In this document: positions 62,822-64,000 of the stretch, piece by piece
How positions within the stretch are numbered: the stretch's first letter is position 1
How the letters are laid out: each line of letters opens with the position of its first letter
Source of the DNA: Podarcis tiliguerta
Taxonomy: Eukaryota
Assembly: GCA_965153285.1 (NCBI GenBank)
Contig: OZ229119.1
Reading direction: 5' to 3' (one strand)
DNA: 64,000 nucleotides
Notes under the pieces: generated by a model
What the model saw: only the letters and a program-made list of their open reading frames with translations
Told to the model about the DNA's origin: nothing
Database searches by the model: none
Translations under genes and position numbers: made by a program

Positions 62822-63442
62822 CTATATAGGTTGCATGGCATAACATGTGATGCAGATGAATCCATGATGATGATCACAAGATGGTGGTAGAATTCCATGG
62901 TGAAGACACATGAATAGGAAGAATGGGAAATGAAGAAAGAAAGAGGAAGAATGACATGGTGGTGAAATGAAGAAATAATTGTTCACAATAGCAACAATGA
63001 GTGTGAGACTACTCCTTAAAATTCACCTGCCTTTACAGTTAACTAAACTGCTGTTTCATGAAAAATATGTTTTATTGTCTTATATCCTTCTTTCCTTCAC
63101 ATAAGCCTATGTGAAGTGAATGTGATTTACTTAAAAATACGAGAATATTTGACACTGAAAGCTTTGGCCTGCACACTCCTAAATGTTTAGGAGCAGGCAA
63201 TGCTTTCAGAAACAAGTACAATATTGGAAGTACACCCTGGACTAGAGAGAGACAGCTATTCTATCTGGTTAAAATATGTGTAAGCAACATAATGTATGTA
63301 ACCAGCATATTACTGTTGCCAAACCCTAGCAGGCAGTACCATAAGTAACATTTGCTGTATGAGATTGTGCTTTTGAAATGATTCCTGCCATTTATTATTA
63401 TTTTTAAACGAAACGAATTAAGAATTAATTATATTTAGAAAG

Positions 63443-63443
63443 T

Positions 63444-63495
<52 letters not shown>

Positions 63496-63497
63496 TC
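63443..63497. repeat. (TTTC)n microsatellite
   Basis: Directly visible. Confidence 0.98.
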
Positions 63498-64000
63498 ACA
63501 AAAGACTGCCTGTGTTTTTCTACTTTTAGCTTACATTGCTGTTATGTTTCAAAAATTATCTCCAAGAAACGAAGGACAGGAATGGAAGGAATAAAGTTTC
63601 GTAATTTTAAGAGCTCATAGTCAAAGCGACACTTGCTCAGAGCGCATGTGATCCACAGACCACAAGTTACCCACATTGCTGTTTTAGACACTGTACCACA
63701 GGCTTTTAGGGGTCTTAACACTGACACCCTTCCCTGCACGTTCCAAGCAAAGTGCATGTAGATGAAAGAACTGGCCCACTGCTTCAGCAAATAGTTGTTA
63801 GTAGTCTTCCATCCACCTCATGGGATACCCCAACACAGATCACATATATGAGCCGACACAGTTGACAGTGTTATTAAACCTTGCCAGTATATTCCAGGGT
63901 GTCTCAATAAAGGTGAGATGGAAGCTGGCGAATAGATTCTCAGTGCCAACAGGGTGACAATGTCTCTGGATTGTGCTAAATTGCATTCGTATGTGTGATT

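Noticed and set aside
63542-64000. Possible further upstream CACNA2D4 exon
   Set aside because: I found no frame resembling the expected FLLEW..WG segment with proper splice sites. The candidate donor near 63670 has an in-frame stop just upstream, so the exon is probably beyond the window.
1-64000. CRISPR arrays, prokaryotic operons or defence systems
   Set aside because: The sequence is intron-exon structured vertebrate DNA; the repeats are microsatellites and TEs, with no regularly spaced repeat-spacer units.

Overview
Vertebrate genomic DNA from a squamate reptile. Sauria SINEs plus CR1, L2 and TA/hAT MITEs point to a lizard, plausibly a lacertid. The window covers the conserved WNT5B - ADIPOR2 - CACNA2D4 syntenic block. 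On the + strand are the last coding exon and 3'UTR of WNT5B (5497-5955) and the complete ADIPOR2 gene: CpG-island promoter and non-coding exon 1 near 15.0-15.3 kb, then seven coding exons at 26232-46003 giving a 1149-nt CDS and a 382-aa protein. On the - strand are the last five coding exons of CACNA2D4 (62821 down to 50503), which encode the delta-4 chain and are mostly missed by the ORF track. The most notable signals are in CACNA2D4. (i) A U12-type AT-AC minor intron at 53006-51177; if retained it would encode an alternative hydrophobic C-terminus, and it contains a sense-strand SINE supplying AATAAA. (ii) A 21-nt frame-preserving microexon at the predicted alpha2/delta cleavage site, preceded by a ~185-nt AG-free zone with about 20 YCAY (NOVA-type) motifs. 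Other observations: near tail-to-tail ADIPOR2/CACNA2D4 3' ends, oriented CTCF-like motifs, MITEs carrying NRF1/ETS or ZNF143-like motifs, and two CR1 copies sharing an unexplained extension beyond their 3' terminal repeat. There is a 200-N assembly gap at 17266-17465. No CRISPR array, rRNA or true tRNA gene was seen. All homology calls are from recognition, not database searches.
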